Part shown: positions 30,241-39,977 of the stretch, in pieces
How the letters are laid out: every line of letters starts with the position of its first letter
How positions within the stretch are numbered: position 1 is the stretch's first letter
Assembly (NCBI GenBank): GCA_003566635.1
Contig: PXCK01000085.1
Location: 1,241-65,240, forward strand
DNA from: Balneolia bacterium
Lineage (GTDB): Bacteria > Bacteroidota > Rhodothermia > Balneolales > Cyclonatronaceae
Reading direction: 5' to 3'
DNA: 64,000 bases
Notes under the pieces: generated by a model
The model's input: only the letters and a program-made list of their open reading frames with translations
Database searches by the model: none
What the model was told of the DNA's origin: nothing
Translations under genes and position numbers: made by a program

Positions 30241-32346
30241 TTATTTACCCGGTTCTTTATCAGCTTTTGAGTCGTTTTGAGAAGATTCATCGGCTTCAAC
30301 AACATCCGATTGAGATGATTGTTCTTCCTCCTTTGGGGGTTCAGCATTTTCCGGGGTTTGATTAACTCCGTTCTTTTGGGCTGATTTTTCCTTAATCTCA
30401 CGAATTTTTTGAACTTCCTCTAAAGTGATATGGTAATTACCGTGTGGCCTATCACCTAATAACTCAACAAGATCATTAGAATTGAGAATTTCTTTTTTGA
30501 GGAGTAGCTCTGCCATTTCAGTAAGTTTGGAGCGATATTTCTCTAATAGCTCGCGGGTACGGGTGCGACACTCCTCAACTATTTGTTGAACTTCCTGATC
30601 AATAATATGAGCAGTGGTTTCGGAATATTTTTTGTTAAATCCAAATGCACCGTCCTGGCTGTTGGAGTCGTAAAAAGATAAGTACCCGACTCTGTCGCTC
30701 ATACCATAGACTGTAACCATAGCTTGAGCCATATTTGTAATTCTCTCAAGGTCGTTTTGAGCACCTGTAGAAATTTTTCCGAACTCAATTTCTTCTGCTA
30801 TACGCCCGCCTAAAAGCGCACATATGCGATCCATTAATTCTTCTTTTGTCATTAAAAAGCGATCTTCCAATGGCGTTTGCAAGGTATAACCTAAAGCAGC
30901 TAAACCTCTGGGAACGATACTCACCTTCATAACCGGATCTGTATGTTCTAAGTACCACCCAACAATTGCATGACCTGCTTCGTGGTAAGCAACAATTCTT
31001 CGTTCGTTTGGACTAATAATTTTGTTCTTCTTTTCAAGACCTGCAACCACTCTTTCGATTGCATCCTGGAAATCTATCATTTCAACAGCTTCTTTGCCTC
31101 TTCTGGCTGCAAGAAGTGCTGCTTCGTTACACATATTAGCTAGTTCTGCTCCTGCAAAACCGGGAGTTTGAGAAGCAAGCAAAGAGGCATCTATATCGTC
31201 AGAAGTCTTAATTTTGTTAAGATGTACTTTCAATACAGCTGTACGACCTTTTAAATCAGGTTTATCAATAAGAATTTGTCTGTCAAAACGACCGGGGCGC
31301 AATAGTGCAGAATCGAGTATGTCCGGACGGTTTGTAGCTGCCATAATAATAACACCTTTTTCGGTGTTGAAACCATCCATCTCCGATAAAAGCTGATTCA
31401 ATGTATTTTCTCTTTCATCGTTAGATGCAGCCATTGCACTTTTTCCACGACTACGACCGATAGCATCAATTTCATCAATAAAAATAATACAAGGAGCCTT
31501 TTCCTTCGCTTGTTTAAATAAATCACGGACACGTGCCGCACCTACACCCACAAACATCTCAACGAAGTCGGAACCACTTAAACTAAAAAAAGGAACATCA
31601 GCTTCGCCTGCAGTCGCTTTTGCCATTAACGTTTTCCCGGTTCCGGGAGGCCCTACAAGTAATACACCTTTGGGAATGTTTCCACCAAGATTGGAAAACT
31701 TTTGAGGATTTCGGAGAAATTCTACAATTTCTTCAACTTCTTCTTTTGCCTCTTCAAGACCGGCAACATCTTTAAATGTCACCTTGTTCTCACTTTGTTT
31801 GTCGTAAAGTGCAGCTTTGTTTTTCCCGATATTTAAAACTTGCTGACCAGGATTCATTCTACGGAGAATAAACAGCCAGAAAATTATGATTATAGCAATG
31901 GGAATGAGCCAGATGAAAATACTACCAAACCAGTTTTCATCAATGCGTGCATCGTATTTTACACCATGTTCATCAAGGAGAGGTCGAATTTCATCTCCCT
32001 CAATCATAGTTGCTGTAAATCGATTTCCCGGTTCACTTTGCGAAAACTGCCATCTCGGTTGTTCTGTATCCGGCCTTCTTCCTACAAAACCTTCATCTAC
32101 GGCTTCCTGGCGATAAACACCTTCAATTTTGGCGCCATTAACTATGGTAATTTTTTCGACATAACCTGCCTCAATATGTTCTAAAAGCTCGCTGTATGTT
32201 ACTTTTGTAGATGGCTCTTGAGAAAATGCAAAAATTTGGATAGCTATTAAACCAACAAAGATTGCAACATAAATCCATATTGGAAATCGAGGTACTCTGG
32301 GTTTTTGCTCTTCCGGTTTTGGTGTATTTGTTTTTTGATCGGACAT
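30241..32346 (-). CDS. ftsH: ATP-dependent zinc metalloprotease FtsH
   Basis: AAA+ Walker A GPPGTGKT, second region of homology, and Zn motif HEAGHA. Has a low-complexity acidic C-terminal tail. Confidence 0.96.
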   Translation of the reverse strand: MSDQKTNTPKPEEQKPRVPRFPIWIYVAIFVGLIAIQIFAFSQEPSTKVTYSELLEHIEAGYVEKITIVNGAKIEGVYRQEAVDEGFVGRRPDTEQPRWQFSQSEPGNRFTATMIEGDEIRPLLDEHGVKYDARIDENWFGSIFIWLIPIAIIIIFWLFILRRMNPGQQVLNIGKNKAALYDKQSENKVTFKDVAGLEEAKEEVEEIVEFLRNPQKFSNLGGNIPKGVLLVGPPGTGKTLMAKATAGEADVPFFSLSGSDFVEMFVGVGAARVRDLFKQAKEKAPCIIFIDEIDAIGRSRGKSAMAASNDERENTLNQLLSEMDGFNTEKGVIIMAATNRPDILDSALLRPGRFDRQILIDKPDLKGRTAVLKVHLNKIKTSDDIDASLLASQTPGFAGAELANMCNEAALLAARRGKEAVEMIDFQDAIERVVAGLEKKNKIISPNERRIVAYHEAGHAIVGWYLEHTDPVMKVSIVPRGLAALGYTLQTPLEDRFLMTKEELMDRICALLGGRIAEEIEFGKISTGAQNDLERITNMAQAMVTVYGMSDRVGYLSFYDSNSQDGAFGFNKKYSETTAHIIDQEVQQIVEECRTRTRELLEKYRSKLTEMAELLLKKEILNSNDLVELLGDRPHGNYHITLEEVQKIREIKEKSAQKNGVNQTPENAEPPKEEEQSSQSDVVEADESSQNDSKADKEPGK

Positions 32347-32554
32347 TTAAACAGTTTAAGAATCTAAAAAATTGCCGTATTCATAATCTTTATAAACCAT
32401 ATAATATACTTAAACATTCAGCCAATTGCTTATTATAAGACAATACTAGACGGCGGTTTTATTTGTTACTGTAGAATTAAAAAAATACTTTACAAGTATA
32501 TACGTAACGAAGACGACTTCCTATTTGTTACCTGCTTTAAGCTGAATTATGCAG

Positions 32555-33580
32555 TTAATAGTGCAAGGTCATTATACTTCCTTCAGCTGTTTGCATTTTA
32601 ACACCTTCGTCTTTGTTTACGACTTTTCCGATAACTACAAAGTCTTTAAATGCTTTAGCAAAGCGCTCAACCTCTTTCTCAGGCAGAGTAAATAAAAGCT
32701 GAGCATCTTCGCCTCCAAAGAGTATAAACTTATCGATATCTTCTTCAAGCTCATCAGCAGCAGCGCGTGTTTCGGGTAAAACCGGTATAGCAGCTTCATA
32801 TATCCTGGCACCAACGCCAGAAGCATTGCATAGGTCAAGCAAATTATGGTTGAGACCCTTGGTAATATCAATCATTGCATGAGGTGTAACTAAGTTTTGG
32901 CTAAATGAATTGATCAAATCCAATCTAGCCTTTGGCACCAATTGTTTTTCAACGACATAGCTAAACTCTTCAAAATCAGGCTTCATAGTTTCGCCACCCA
33001 GACTTTCCCAATGCTTTTTTTCTCTCAGTAAAATCATAAGTCCGCAAGTAGCTGCTCCTAAATCGCCTGTAACACAAATTGCATCACCCTCTTTAGCTCC
33101 TGACCTGTAAACGGGTTGCTCCGATGTACCAATACAAGAAACGGACACAGAAATTGCACTTCCGGCAGGAACAAAATCGCCACCAGTTAACTGCAAACTA
33201 AATTCATCGCAAGCTGCTTTTACTCCCTTATAAAATAACTCAGTCATTTCAACCGATATCTTATTAGTCAAACCCAAATTGATAGTTATAAACTTGGGTC
33301 GTGCATTCATTGCAACTACATCCGAAACAGCCAAGGAAGCAACTTTATAACCCAGGTGTTGTAAAGGTGTGTATACCAAGTCGAAGTGAACTCCTTCTTG
33401 ATAAGATTGACTTTTAAACACCAGTTTGTCTGTTTCTTTATCTAAAACTGCAGCATCATCTCCAATACCAAATATCAAGCCCTGTCCATGCTTTTCAAAC
33501 ATGGAACTTATTCTCTCTATTAAATTTCTAAAACCTATATCCTGTATAGGTGTAAAGCTTACTTTGTTATCATTCATCAT
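32555..33580 (-). CDS. thiL: thiamine-monophosphate kinase
   Basis: AIR-synthase-like fold with GIGDDAAVL and TGGD motifs; 341 aa. Confidence 0.85.
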   Translation of the reverse strand: MMNDNKVSFTPIQDIGFRNLIERISSMFEKHGQGLIFGIGDDAAVLDKETDKLVFKSQSYQEGVHFDLVYTPLQHLGYKVASLAVSDVVAMNARPKFITINLGLTNKISVEMTELFYKGVKAACDEFSLQLTGGDFVPAGSAISVSVSCIGTSEQPVYRSGAKEGDAICVTGDLGAATCGLMILLREKKHWESLGGETMKPDFEEFSYVVEKQLVPKARLDLINSFSQNLVTPHAMIDITKGLNHNLLDLCNASGVGARIYEAAIPVLPETRAAADELEEDIDKFILFGGEDAQLLFTLPEKEVERFAKAFKDFVVIGKVVNKDEGVKMQTAEGSIMTLHY

Positions 33581-33582
33581 TA

Positions 33583-33623
33583 TTAAAAAAGAAAAGGCTA
33601 CCTGACCAAAATCAGGTAACCTT
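33583..33623 (-). terminator. rho-independent terminator after the distal exbD
   Basis: 12-bp stem AAGGCTACCTGA/TCAGGTAACCTT. Its single mismatch is a G-U wobble only on the minus-strand RNA. A U-rich tract follows on the minus strand. Confidence 0.7.
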
Positions 33624-33646
33624 AAATTATGTAAATTAAGAGTGTG

Positions 33647-34111
33647 TTACTGACTGGGTCCGCCTTCTCGTCTGGTGGAGTAGTTTATCCTAAGCGCATC
33701 AGCCAAACGTAACTCTTGTTTGATATCACTTACAATTCCCATTTCAGCTTCGTAATCTGAACGAATTGAAACTATCAAACGAGGTTCCTGCGTGCGTCTT
33801 TCACGCATTACAGTTTGAATTGAGCGGAAATCGTTGGCAGGAACAAGAGCATCATCAACCTGAACTCTTGTATCACCATACTGACCCGGACCAAGAACCT
33901 CAGGGCCTACATAAATATAGCTAACGAGTCGTTTTTCTTCAATCCGTTCTATATTTTCAGCAGCTGTTAAATCTTGACGAACCAATAACTCAACCTCTCT
34001 AAGAACCGTAACAACCATGAAGAAAATCAAAAGGATAAAAATAATATCCGGCATTGCTGTTGTTGGTACTTCTTGTTTCGTACTGGCTTGTTTTTTCTTA
34101 AAATGTGACAT
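33647..34111 (-). CDS. exbD: ExbD/TolR-family biopolymer transport protein
   Basis: 154 aa with an N-terminal TM helix carrying the conserved Asp context (MPDIIFILLIFFMV) and a periplasmic ExbD domain. Confidence 0.85.
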   Translation of the reverse strand: MSHFKKKQASTKQEVPTTAMPDIIFILLIFFMVVTVLREVELLVRQDLTAAENIERIEEKRLVSYIYVGPEVLGPGQYGDTRVQVDDALVPANDFRSIQTVMRERRTQEPRLIVSIRSDYEAEMGIVSDIKQELRLADALRINYSTRREGGPSQ

Positions 34112-34124
34112 ATTACTCCTTAGA

Positions 34125-34673
34125 TTAAGTACCCGGATCGGGTTCTGCCAGTGAAATGTTCATTGGAAACTCTCGCCGAATCGGATTCGGTTCACCGTTC
34201 ACATCAACATAATGCTGATAATCCCGATAGCCCAAATCCCGGGCTTCGCTATTCCAAACAGATCGATAAGCTCCTATAATTTCATCTAACATTTCAATGT
34301 AGAATTCATACTGGGTTTGTCGGTCTGTTTTAACAGAAACAATCGCTTGTTGTGGTGATTCAGAAAGACTAGGATCCACTCCTCTATTCGTAACGTGTGA
34401 AAAAACAAGATCCTGAACATCACGTACAGCAGCAGGTTGATCATTTATAAGAATCAAGCCTCGCTCATTCATTAGAACAGTAAGTATGTTTCTCTCACGA
34501 ACATCTGGTGGTTCAACTTCCGGATCAGGTGGAGGTGGTAGTACCAATCCGATACCTGTATCAATGTCAATTGTGGTTACCACCAGAAAGAACACAAGAA
34601 GAAGGAATGCAATATCTGCAAGTGAAGAGGATGGTACCTCTGCGCCTTCTCTGGTTTTTTTCTTTCTTATCAT
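34125..34673 (-). CDS. exbD: ExbD/TolR-family biopolymer transport protein (long form with a Pro-rich linker)
   Basis: 182 aa. TM helix SLADIAFLLLVFFLV followed by PPPPDPEVEPPD and an ExbD domain. Confidence 0.85.
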   Translation of the reverse strand: MIRKKKTREGAEVPSSSLADIAFLLLVFFLVVTTIDIDTGIGLVLPPPPDPEVEPPDVRERNILTVLMNERGLILINDQPAAVRDVQDLVFSHVTNRGVDPSLSESPQQAIVSVKTDRQTQYEFYIEMLDEIIGAYRSVWNSEARDLGYRDYQHYVDVNGEPNPIRREFPMNISLAEPDPGT

Positions 34674-34693
34674 GAATTAAAACCTTTCAGGAT

Positions 34694-34975
34694 TTAAAAA
34701 TTGGACATTAGGCTTCGTGAACCGGAGATTAGTATTCCTAAAAACATCAATCCAATCATGATTAATAAAGAGAGGATTGCGGCAATCGGCAGATTGCCTG
34801 TTATGAGAAAAGAAATACCAAAAACTAAAACCGGAATAAAGTAGAAAGCTATCTGTTGTACAGTATGCTTACCATTTATAATGTTTTTGGTACCGAAAAT
34901 TAAGATTCCTATGTTTCCGATTACAAGCAAACCGATAACAATCGATAAGCCTATGGTAATAATGGTTTCTTCCAT
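34694..34975 (-). CDS. small hypothetical 3-TM membrane protein
   Basis: 93 aa, entirely hydrophobic, lying between exbB and exbD on the same strand with gaps of 48 and 20 nt. Confidence 0.5.
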   Translation of the reverse strand: MEETIITIGLSIVIGLLVIGNIGILIFGTKNIINGKHTVQQIAFYFIPVLVFGISFLITGNLPIAAILSLLIMIGLMFLGILISGSRSLMSNF

Positions 34976-35022
34976 TGTATTAAAAATTAGGGTGTACGAT
35001 TAACTATTAATTGTACGATTTA

Positions 35023-35712
35023 TTAATCTACGTCTTTGCCTTTTTCCATCAAAGCGATAGAATCAATTAGAACAATGGAGCTTTCTTCCATGTCAATAAC
35101 AAGACGGTCGATTTTAGATACACAATAGTTGTAACCAACTTGTAGTATAATAGCACCAATCAAACCGGCAAGCGTTGTAAGAAGAGCAGTTTTAATACCA
35201 CCCGCAACAATACTTGGGGAGATGTCGCCGGCAGCTTCAATAGCGTCAAACGCCTGAACCATACCAATTACAGTACCCGTAAACCCAATAAGTGGAGCAA
35301 GGGCGATGAATAACGACAACCAAACTAAACCTCTTTCAAGGAAGCTCATTTCAATAGAACCATATGAGATAATGGCTTTTTCGGCGGCTTCGAAACCTTC
35401 ATCAGCACGAAGCAAACCGGCACTAAATACAGAAGCTACAGGTCCTCGTGTGTTAGCACAAAGATCTTGAGCAGCTGTAATACCACCTTCTTGCAATGCT
35501 TCTTTTACATCGCGAATGAACTGGCGGGTATTAATGTCGGCTCTGTTAAGGGTTACTAGTCGTTCTAGAAAGATGGCAAGACCAAGGATTACACATATCA
35601 ATACAGGCCACATAAAAGCGCCACCCTCATTGAAATATCTTACCAGCTGGCTAAATGCGCCTTCGGTTTGCAAATCAACTTGCATAAGAAGTACACTAAA
35701 GGAGAAGGTCAT
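35023..35712 (-). CDS. exbB: MotA/TolQ/ExbB proton-channel protein
   Basis: 229 aa with three TM segments and the C-terminal pattern GFTGTVIGMVQAF...ALLTTLAGL typical of ExbB/TolQ. Confidence 0.88.
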   Translation of the reverse strand: MTFSFSVLLMQVDLQTEGAFSQLVRYFNEGGAFMWPVLICVILGLAIFLERLVTLNRADINTRQFIRDVKEALQEGGITAAQDLCANTRGPVASVFSAGLLRADEGFEAAEKAIISYGSIEMSFLERGLVWLSLFIALAPLIGFTGTVIGMVQAFDAIEAAGDISPSIVAGGIKTALLTTLAGLIGAIILQVGYNYCVSKIDRLVIDMEESSIVLIDSIALMEKGKDVD

Positions 35713-35767
35713 ACAAAACTCCGATTATTTTCAGGTTAAATGTTAATAGACAGTTTAATGATGCGAA

Positions 35768-35796
35768 ATTATAGATTATTTATCGCTAAATGTCAA
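35768..35796 (-). promoter_or_regulatory. consensus sigma70-type promoter upstream of exbB
   Basis: The minus strand reads TTGACA, then 17 nt (tttagcgataaataatc), then TATAAT, about 55 nt upstream of the exbB ATG. GGAG lies 8 nt before the ATG. Confidence 0.55.
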
Positions 35797-35884
35797 AAAA
35801 AGAGTTTAAAAAAATAAGTTCTTTTTTCTTTATTTAGATTCACTGCAATTTATTGAAAAACTTGCAATTTGATGTTATCAATTT

Positions 35885-38800
35885 TTAAAATACGGCACTT
35901 AGTGTGAATTTCATAGTTTGAGCTACAGGTTGGCTAGTTAAAGTTCTTCCATCGTAGTTAAGCGTTGCTCTTAAAAACTCGTTTATTCTGTAGGTTGCTT
36001 GTACCGACCAAGACCATGTATTCCCTTCGCCTGCTCCTTCTGTTAATTCAAAAAGTCCAAAACTTGAACTGGCTCCATCTATAGAATTTGAGCGATATTC
36101 GATTCTGGCAGTAGTTTGAATCAAGTTTTGATAGAACCAACGAGCATCACTGAATATGCTATATCCATTTAGTACTGCTGGCTCTTGCGGTAAAACATCT
36201 TCTCTGTTTCGGATAGAAAAACCACCACCTAACTGTAAACTTCTTCTGTAGTCGTACCTAAACGATGGCTCTACAGAACGACTTCTAATGTCGAAACTTC
36301 TAGAATTAAGCTGGGTATCTGCTTGATTATTTTTTCCAATTTGTAAAATAATATTCGCTGACCAAGACCTTGTGAACCTGTGATTTAGTGTAGTTCGAAA
36401 GTCTTGAAGACGAGTCTTTTCTAAAGTGTTGGCTCTGCGGCTTAAGCCTGCAACATTTTCGTAGGTAAATCGAAGATCAGTAGAGTCAATATTTCTTAGT
36501 ATATGCAGATCCTGAAGCATAGTGAAATTGCCATCAATCGTATTTTCTTCGTCTCTGTATGATGAAAAGTTAAAAAGTAACACATCGAGTAAGTCACCTG
36601 ATGTGTTTTGCTCCCGAATTGCATAGGTGGATTGCAGCATTAAGTTCGATAAAATCCGAGCAATTGAGCTATTCCCATCTAAAAAGTTTTTAGGTTCAAT
36701 ACGAGTTCTGAGACGTGTATTGACCGATGCTACCGAAAAAACCTCATCAGTTGGAATAAATTGCCTTATAAAAGTTCCTTCATTGGGTAGTTGCTCCGGG
36801 AAAAATTCATCAACTTGTTGAACTCCATCACCATTGAGGTCTATCCAAACATAATTTCCCAACTCAGGACCAACCTCAACAAAAGTTTCCTGAAGTAATG
36901 GTCTGTTTTCTGTACCACCCTCATATATGAAATTTACCTCCAGCCCTCTGTTTAAAGTTCTCCAGTCAGTTTCTGATCTGATAAGTACACTTTGAGTTTC
37001 CTGGCTTTGTATTTCTCCGGTAGCAGAACCTAAAAAAGTTTTTTCACGCCATGTTATGGTTTGATTATTCGTAATATTTTCAGCTTCATATCGCGTAGTT
37101 AACCTGTATGTATATGACTCTGATTCCGGGATAAACGCTCCATCAAATACTATGTCATCACTTCTATAGGTGATGCCCGATGAAGCTGAAAAACGTTCTG
37201 TAAATCTAAATGCCACTCCGGGGGTCAATTCATAGAACCTAAAAGAATCCTGCCTTAGCATATCGGTCGTTTTATCTCTTTGTCTTCTGTTTTCACTCGA
37301 AAAACGAAATGATGGGGTTATACCAATCCCTGAAATTGGTATGGAGTAGCTGGTTTCACCACCTTGCCTAAACCAACCACCTTTTTGTAGTAGCTGGTTA
37401 TTTCTACTTTGGTTAAAATCGGCTGCATAACTAATAAGCGGCCATTCGGGCTCGGATGAATTTAATCTAAATGTTTGTCTTCTGCTTGATAATGTTTCAC
37501 GTTCGAGCCAACCACCTGAAACGTTTATGCCTGAGAATTCAGTTACCATCAAATTGAAATCTGCCTCTGCTAACCTTTCTTCCTCAAGGCCAACATCCTG
37601 GATATTCCAGTTTCTTTCAAACTCTACATCTCTTGTTCGATCCATGAAGCTAAAATTTGCCCCTGTATGTCTATAACGTGCTTCAAAACCTGCTTTCCCA
37701 ATAACCGTTTGTGTAGGCTTTACTCTGTAACCTCCGATAAATGCCAGGTCGGTATTTGTATTGTTATCAATTTGGCTGAAACGGTTCCTGTCGTGATCGC
37801 TGACTGCAAATTCACCAAAAAATACCGAATTAGATGTTATCCTCGCTTCACTACGCAGAGATATAATTTGATGAAGTTCAGGTGCCTGCAATCTTCTAAA
37901 CGGTTCATAAGCTCCATTTCCGGTACCGACCCATTCATAAACTATTCCATTGACCGAGGTTTGAGCTCTTCGATAAGATCCCAACCCATCCCCCACTCTG
38001 CTAAAGCGAACCCTCCATTCGCTTCGCGGATCTCCGGGCAGGTTTTTAAACACTTCAATTTCTTGTCCTTGAAAAACGGTATCAATCAATGCATATTGAA
38101 CAAAATCTGCATTTGGACGAAAGCCTACACTTTCAGCCCCTGAAATAATCGCCCTATCTGGATCATTGCCTGCATTTCGCAGGATTTCAATTTCTTCTTC
38201 GCTTAAACCAAATTCACTCTGAGAATCACGGCTGTCCCCTTCCCTTAGGTAGGTCACACCCAGACTTAATCGCCCATCCCATAAATCGTTAACTTCTGAT
38301 TCCCCGGCAAGTATTGTTCTGTTATATGCTTGTGTTACATATTGAAAATCGACTGTTATTCTTAAATCTGATGTAATTAATCTGTTATTGGTGAATTGGA
38401 TTTCGCCCAAACCATAATCGATTATATAGTCGTTTTCTTCACCCCTAACCATTCTTACACCATTGATGTATACCCGCTCACTACCTGCCAATACGATAAT
38501 AAACTGCTCACCATCTACACCGGAAAGCCTGTAAGGCCCCTGAACTCCCTCTCGTGCAGTTAGGTTCATTGTTCTATACCTGCCTCTAACTACAGCAGCA
38601 GATGCACTATGATTGCCGTATGAGCCTAACCCTGTTTGCACATCTATACCTTGTAATCTTCTTTCAATCTGCGCAAACTCACTATTACGATAACTTATAT
38701 CTATATCACCAAGTTGTAGGGTTCCAAAAGGGTTACGAAGTTGAATAAACACTTTATCGAATTCCCTAAGGTTTTGAGTCGTACCATCGGGTTGTATGGG

Positions 38801-39397
38801 GGTACTTTGGTCGGTTAGTGTAGCTAATATTTCCAAATCATCCGTTAGATTACCACTCAACTCAAACCTAAGACCACTTTCAAGTGTTACATCTTGATTA
38901 GAGCCCACTATAATTCCCCGAGTTAATGAGCCACTTCGTTGCAGGTTTGTTGATCCAAATAGATCATCGCTCGATACCCGTTGTTGAATCTGAAAACCAG
39001 TACTTGTAGTATCGCCTTCACTTATAAGTGAGTCTGCTGGGAGTTCTACTAACTCACGAGAGCGGATTACGGGTGAAAAGGAAAATGGCTGTCTTTTGTA
39101 GTGGATAGCAAGGTTAAGAATATTAATTTCTAAATCGGGCTGTAGCTTTAGTTTCAGGTCACCGGTAGATGAGTCGTAAGTCCAATCTATAAGAGTGTCA
39201 ACCGGGCTTTCCTCTTCATCAATAAAACGTATTGAGTCTATTTCAACCCAAAAACCAAGATGTATGGTAGTATCGACCTTGCTAATGCTAAAAAAATCGG
39301 TTTTGAGGGATACTGATTGGGCAAACAACCTATCATTACAGGAGAGTAGCATACCACATGCTATTAAAATTATACCTGTAAATATTTTTTTAGTCAT
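35885..39397 (-). CDS. giant outer-membrane beta-barrel protein, SprA-like (half-size paralogue of the T9SS translocon)
   Basis: 1170 aa. Signal peptide with possible lipobox LLSC and a C-terminal aromatic residue (TLSAVF). Shares blocks with the SprA at 56126-63526, for example GSERVYINGVRMVRGEENDYIIDYGLGEIQFTNN...RITVDFQ against GSVRVTANGIELTENVDYQVDYVLGNIVITN...IEVEFE. Confidence 0.6.
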   Translation of the reverse strand: MTKKIFTGIILIACGMLLSCNDRLFAQSVSLKTDFFSISKVDTTIHLGFWVEIDSIRFIDEEESPVDTLIDWTYDSSTGDLKLKLQPDLEINILNLAIHYKRQPFSFSPVIRSRELVELPADSLISEGDTTSTGFQIQQRVSSDDLFGSTNLQRSGSLTRGIIVGSNQDVTLESGLRFELSGNLTDDLEILATLTDQSTPIQPDGTTQNLREFDKVFIQLRNPFGTLQLGDIDISYRNSEFAQIERRLQGIDVQTGLGSYGNHSASAAVVRGRYRTMNLTAREGVQGPYRLSGVDGEQFIIVLAGSERVYINGVRMVRGEENDYIIDYGLGEIQFTNNRLITSDLRITVDFQYVTQAYNRTILAGESEVNDLWDGRLSLGVTYLREGDSRDSQSEFGLSEEEIEILRNAGNDPDRAIISGAESVGFRPNADFVQYALIDTVFQGQEIEVFKNLPGDPRSEWRVRFSRVGDGLGSYRRAQTSVNGIVYEWVGTGNGAYEPFRRLQAPELHQIISLRSEARITSNSVFFGEFAVSDHDRNRFSQIDNNTNTDLAFIGGYRVKPTQTVIGKAGFEARYRHTGANFSFMDRTRDVEFERNWNIQDVGLEEERLAEADFNLMVTEFSGINVSGGWLERETLSSRRQTFRLNSSEPEWPLISYAADFNQSRNNQLLQKGGWFRQGGETSYSIPISGIGITPSFRFSSENRRQRDKTTDMLRQDSFRFYELTPGVAFRFTERFSASSGITYRSDDIVFDGAFIPESESYTYRLTTRYEAENITNNQTITWREKTFLGSATGEIQSQETQSVLIRSETDWRTLNRGLEVNFIYEGGTENRPLLQETFVEVGPELGNYVWIDLNGDGVQQVDEFFPEQLPNEGTFIRQFIPTDEVFSVASVNTRLRTRIEPKNFLDGNSSIARILSNLMLQSTYAIREQNTSGDLLDVLLFNFSSYRDEENTIDGNFTMLQDLHILRNIDSTDLRFTYENVAGLSRRANTLEKTRLQDFRTTLNHRFTRSWSANIILQIGKNNQADTQLNSRSFDIRSRSVEPSFRYDYRRSLQLGGGFSIRNREDVLPQEPAVLNGYSIFSDARWFYQNLIQTTARIEYRSNSIDGASSSFGLFELTEGAGEGNTWSWSVQATYRINEFLRATLNYDGRTLTSQPVAQTMKFTLSAVF

Positions 39398-39439
39398 CCA
39401 GACTTTACTGATTCCACGGCTTATAAAGCTGGTAATTTA

Positions 39440-39474
39440 ATAAAAAAGGGCATCTGTTATTTAAACAGATACCC
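39440..39474 (-). terminator. rho-independent terminator after rplI
   Basis: Stem GGGCATCTGT/ACAGATACCC; its mismatch is a G-U pair only on the minus-strand RNA. An A6 run on the plus strand gives a U-tract on the minus strand. Confidence 0.7.
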
Positions 39475-39507
39475 TCATTAAACAAATCTTGTAAAGGATT
39501 GTTGCGC

Positions 39508-39957
39508 TTAGTCTTCGCTTTTGACAACCCAGAACTTAAGGTTAGCTTTGATATCGCTGAATACATCTACCTCTGCTACATATTCGCCGAGATGCTTAAC
39601 ATCATCGTTGATAGAGATTTTACGACGATCGATTTCAAAACCTTTTTCGTTTAGTGCGTCAGCAAGTTGTTGAGTTGTTACTGTACCAAAGATTTTTCCA
39701 TCTTCACCTGCTTTTGCAGTAATGGTGATAGATACACCTTCAATTTGCTCGGAAAGTTTAGCAGCATTTTCTCTGTTTGCTTCTATTTTGCGAGCTTGTT
39801 GACGTAACTCTTCTTCAATTGCTTTAATAGCACCCTTTGTAGCTAAAATAGCTTTACCGGTAGGTATCAGAAAATTGCGGCCATAACCGTCTTTTACTGT
39901 TACTAATTCTCCGGCTTGGCCGAGATTATCTACATCTTGTTTTAATATAAGTTTCAT
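39508..39957 (-). CDS. rplI: 50S ribosomal protein L9
   Basis: MKLILKQDVDNLGQAGELVTVKDGYGRNFLIP is the canonical L9 N terminus. Confidence 0.95.
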   Translation of the reverse strand: MKLILKQDVDNLGQAGELVTVKDGYGRNFLIPTGKAILATKGAIKAIEEELRQQARKIEANRENAAKLSEQIEGVSITITAKAGEDGKIFGTVTTQQLADALNEKGFEIDRRKISINDDVKHLGEYVAEVDVFSDIKANLKFWVVKSED

Positions 39958-39977
39958 AGTCTATAACCGGTTTAAAA

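Noticed and set aside
30213-30401. 62-aa minus-strand ORF overlapping the ftsH 3' end and the mfd stop
   Set aside because: It is an alternative frame of the ftsH low-complexity tail. The product is a basic low-complexity peptide.
37667-38143. 158-aa plus-strand ORF inside the 1170-aa OMP gene
   Set aside because: It is an antisense shadow ORF. The minus-strand frame is open for 3.5 kb with OMP-like composition, and the antisense product is Cys/Ile/Arg-rich with no features.
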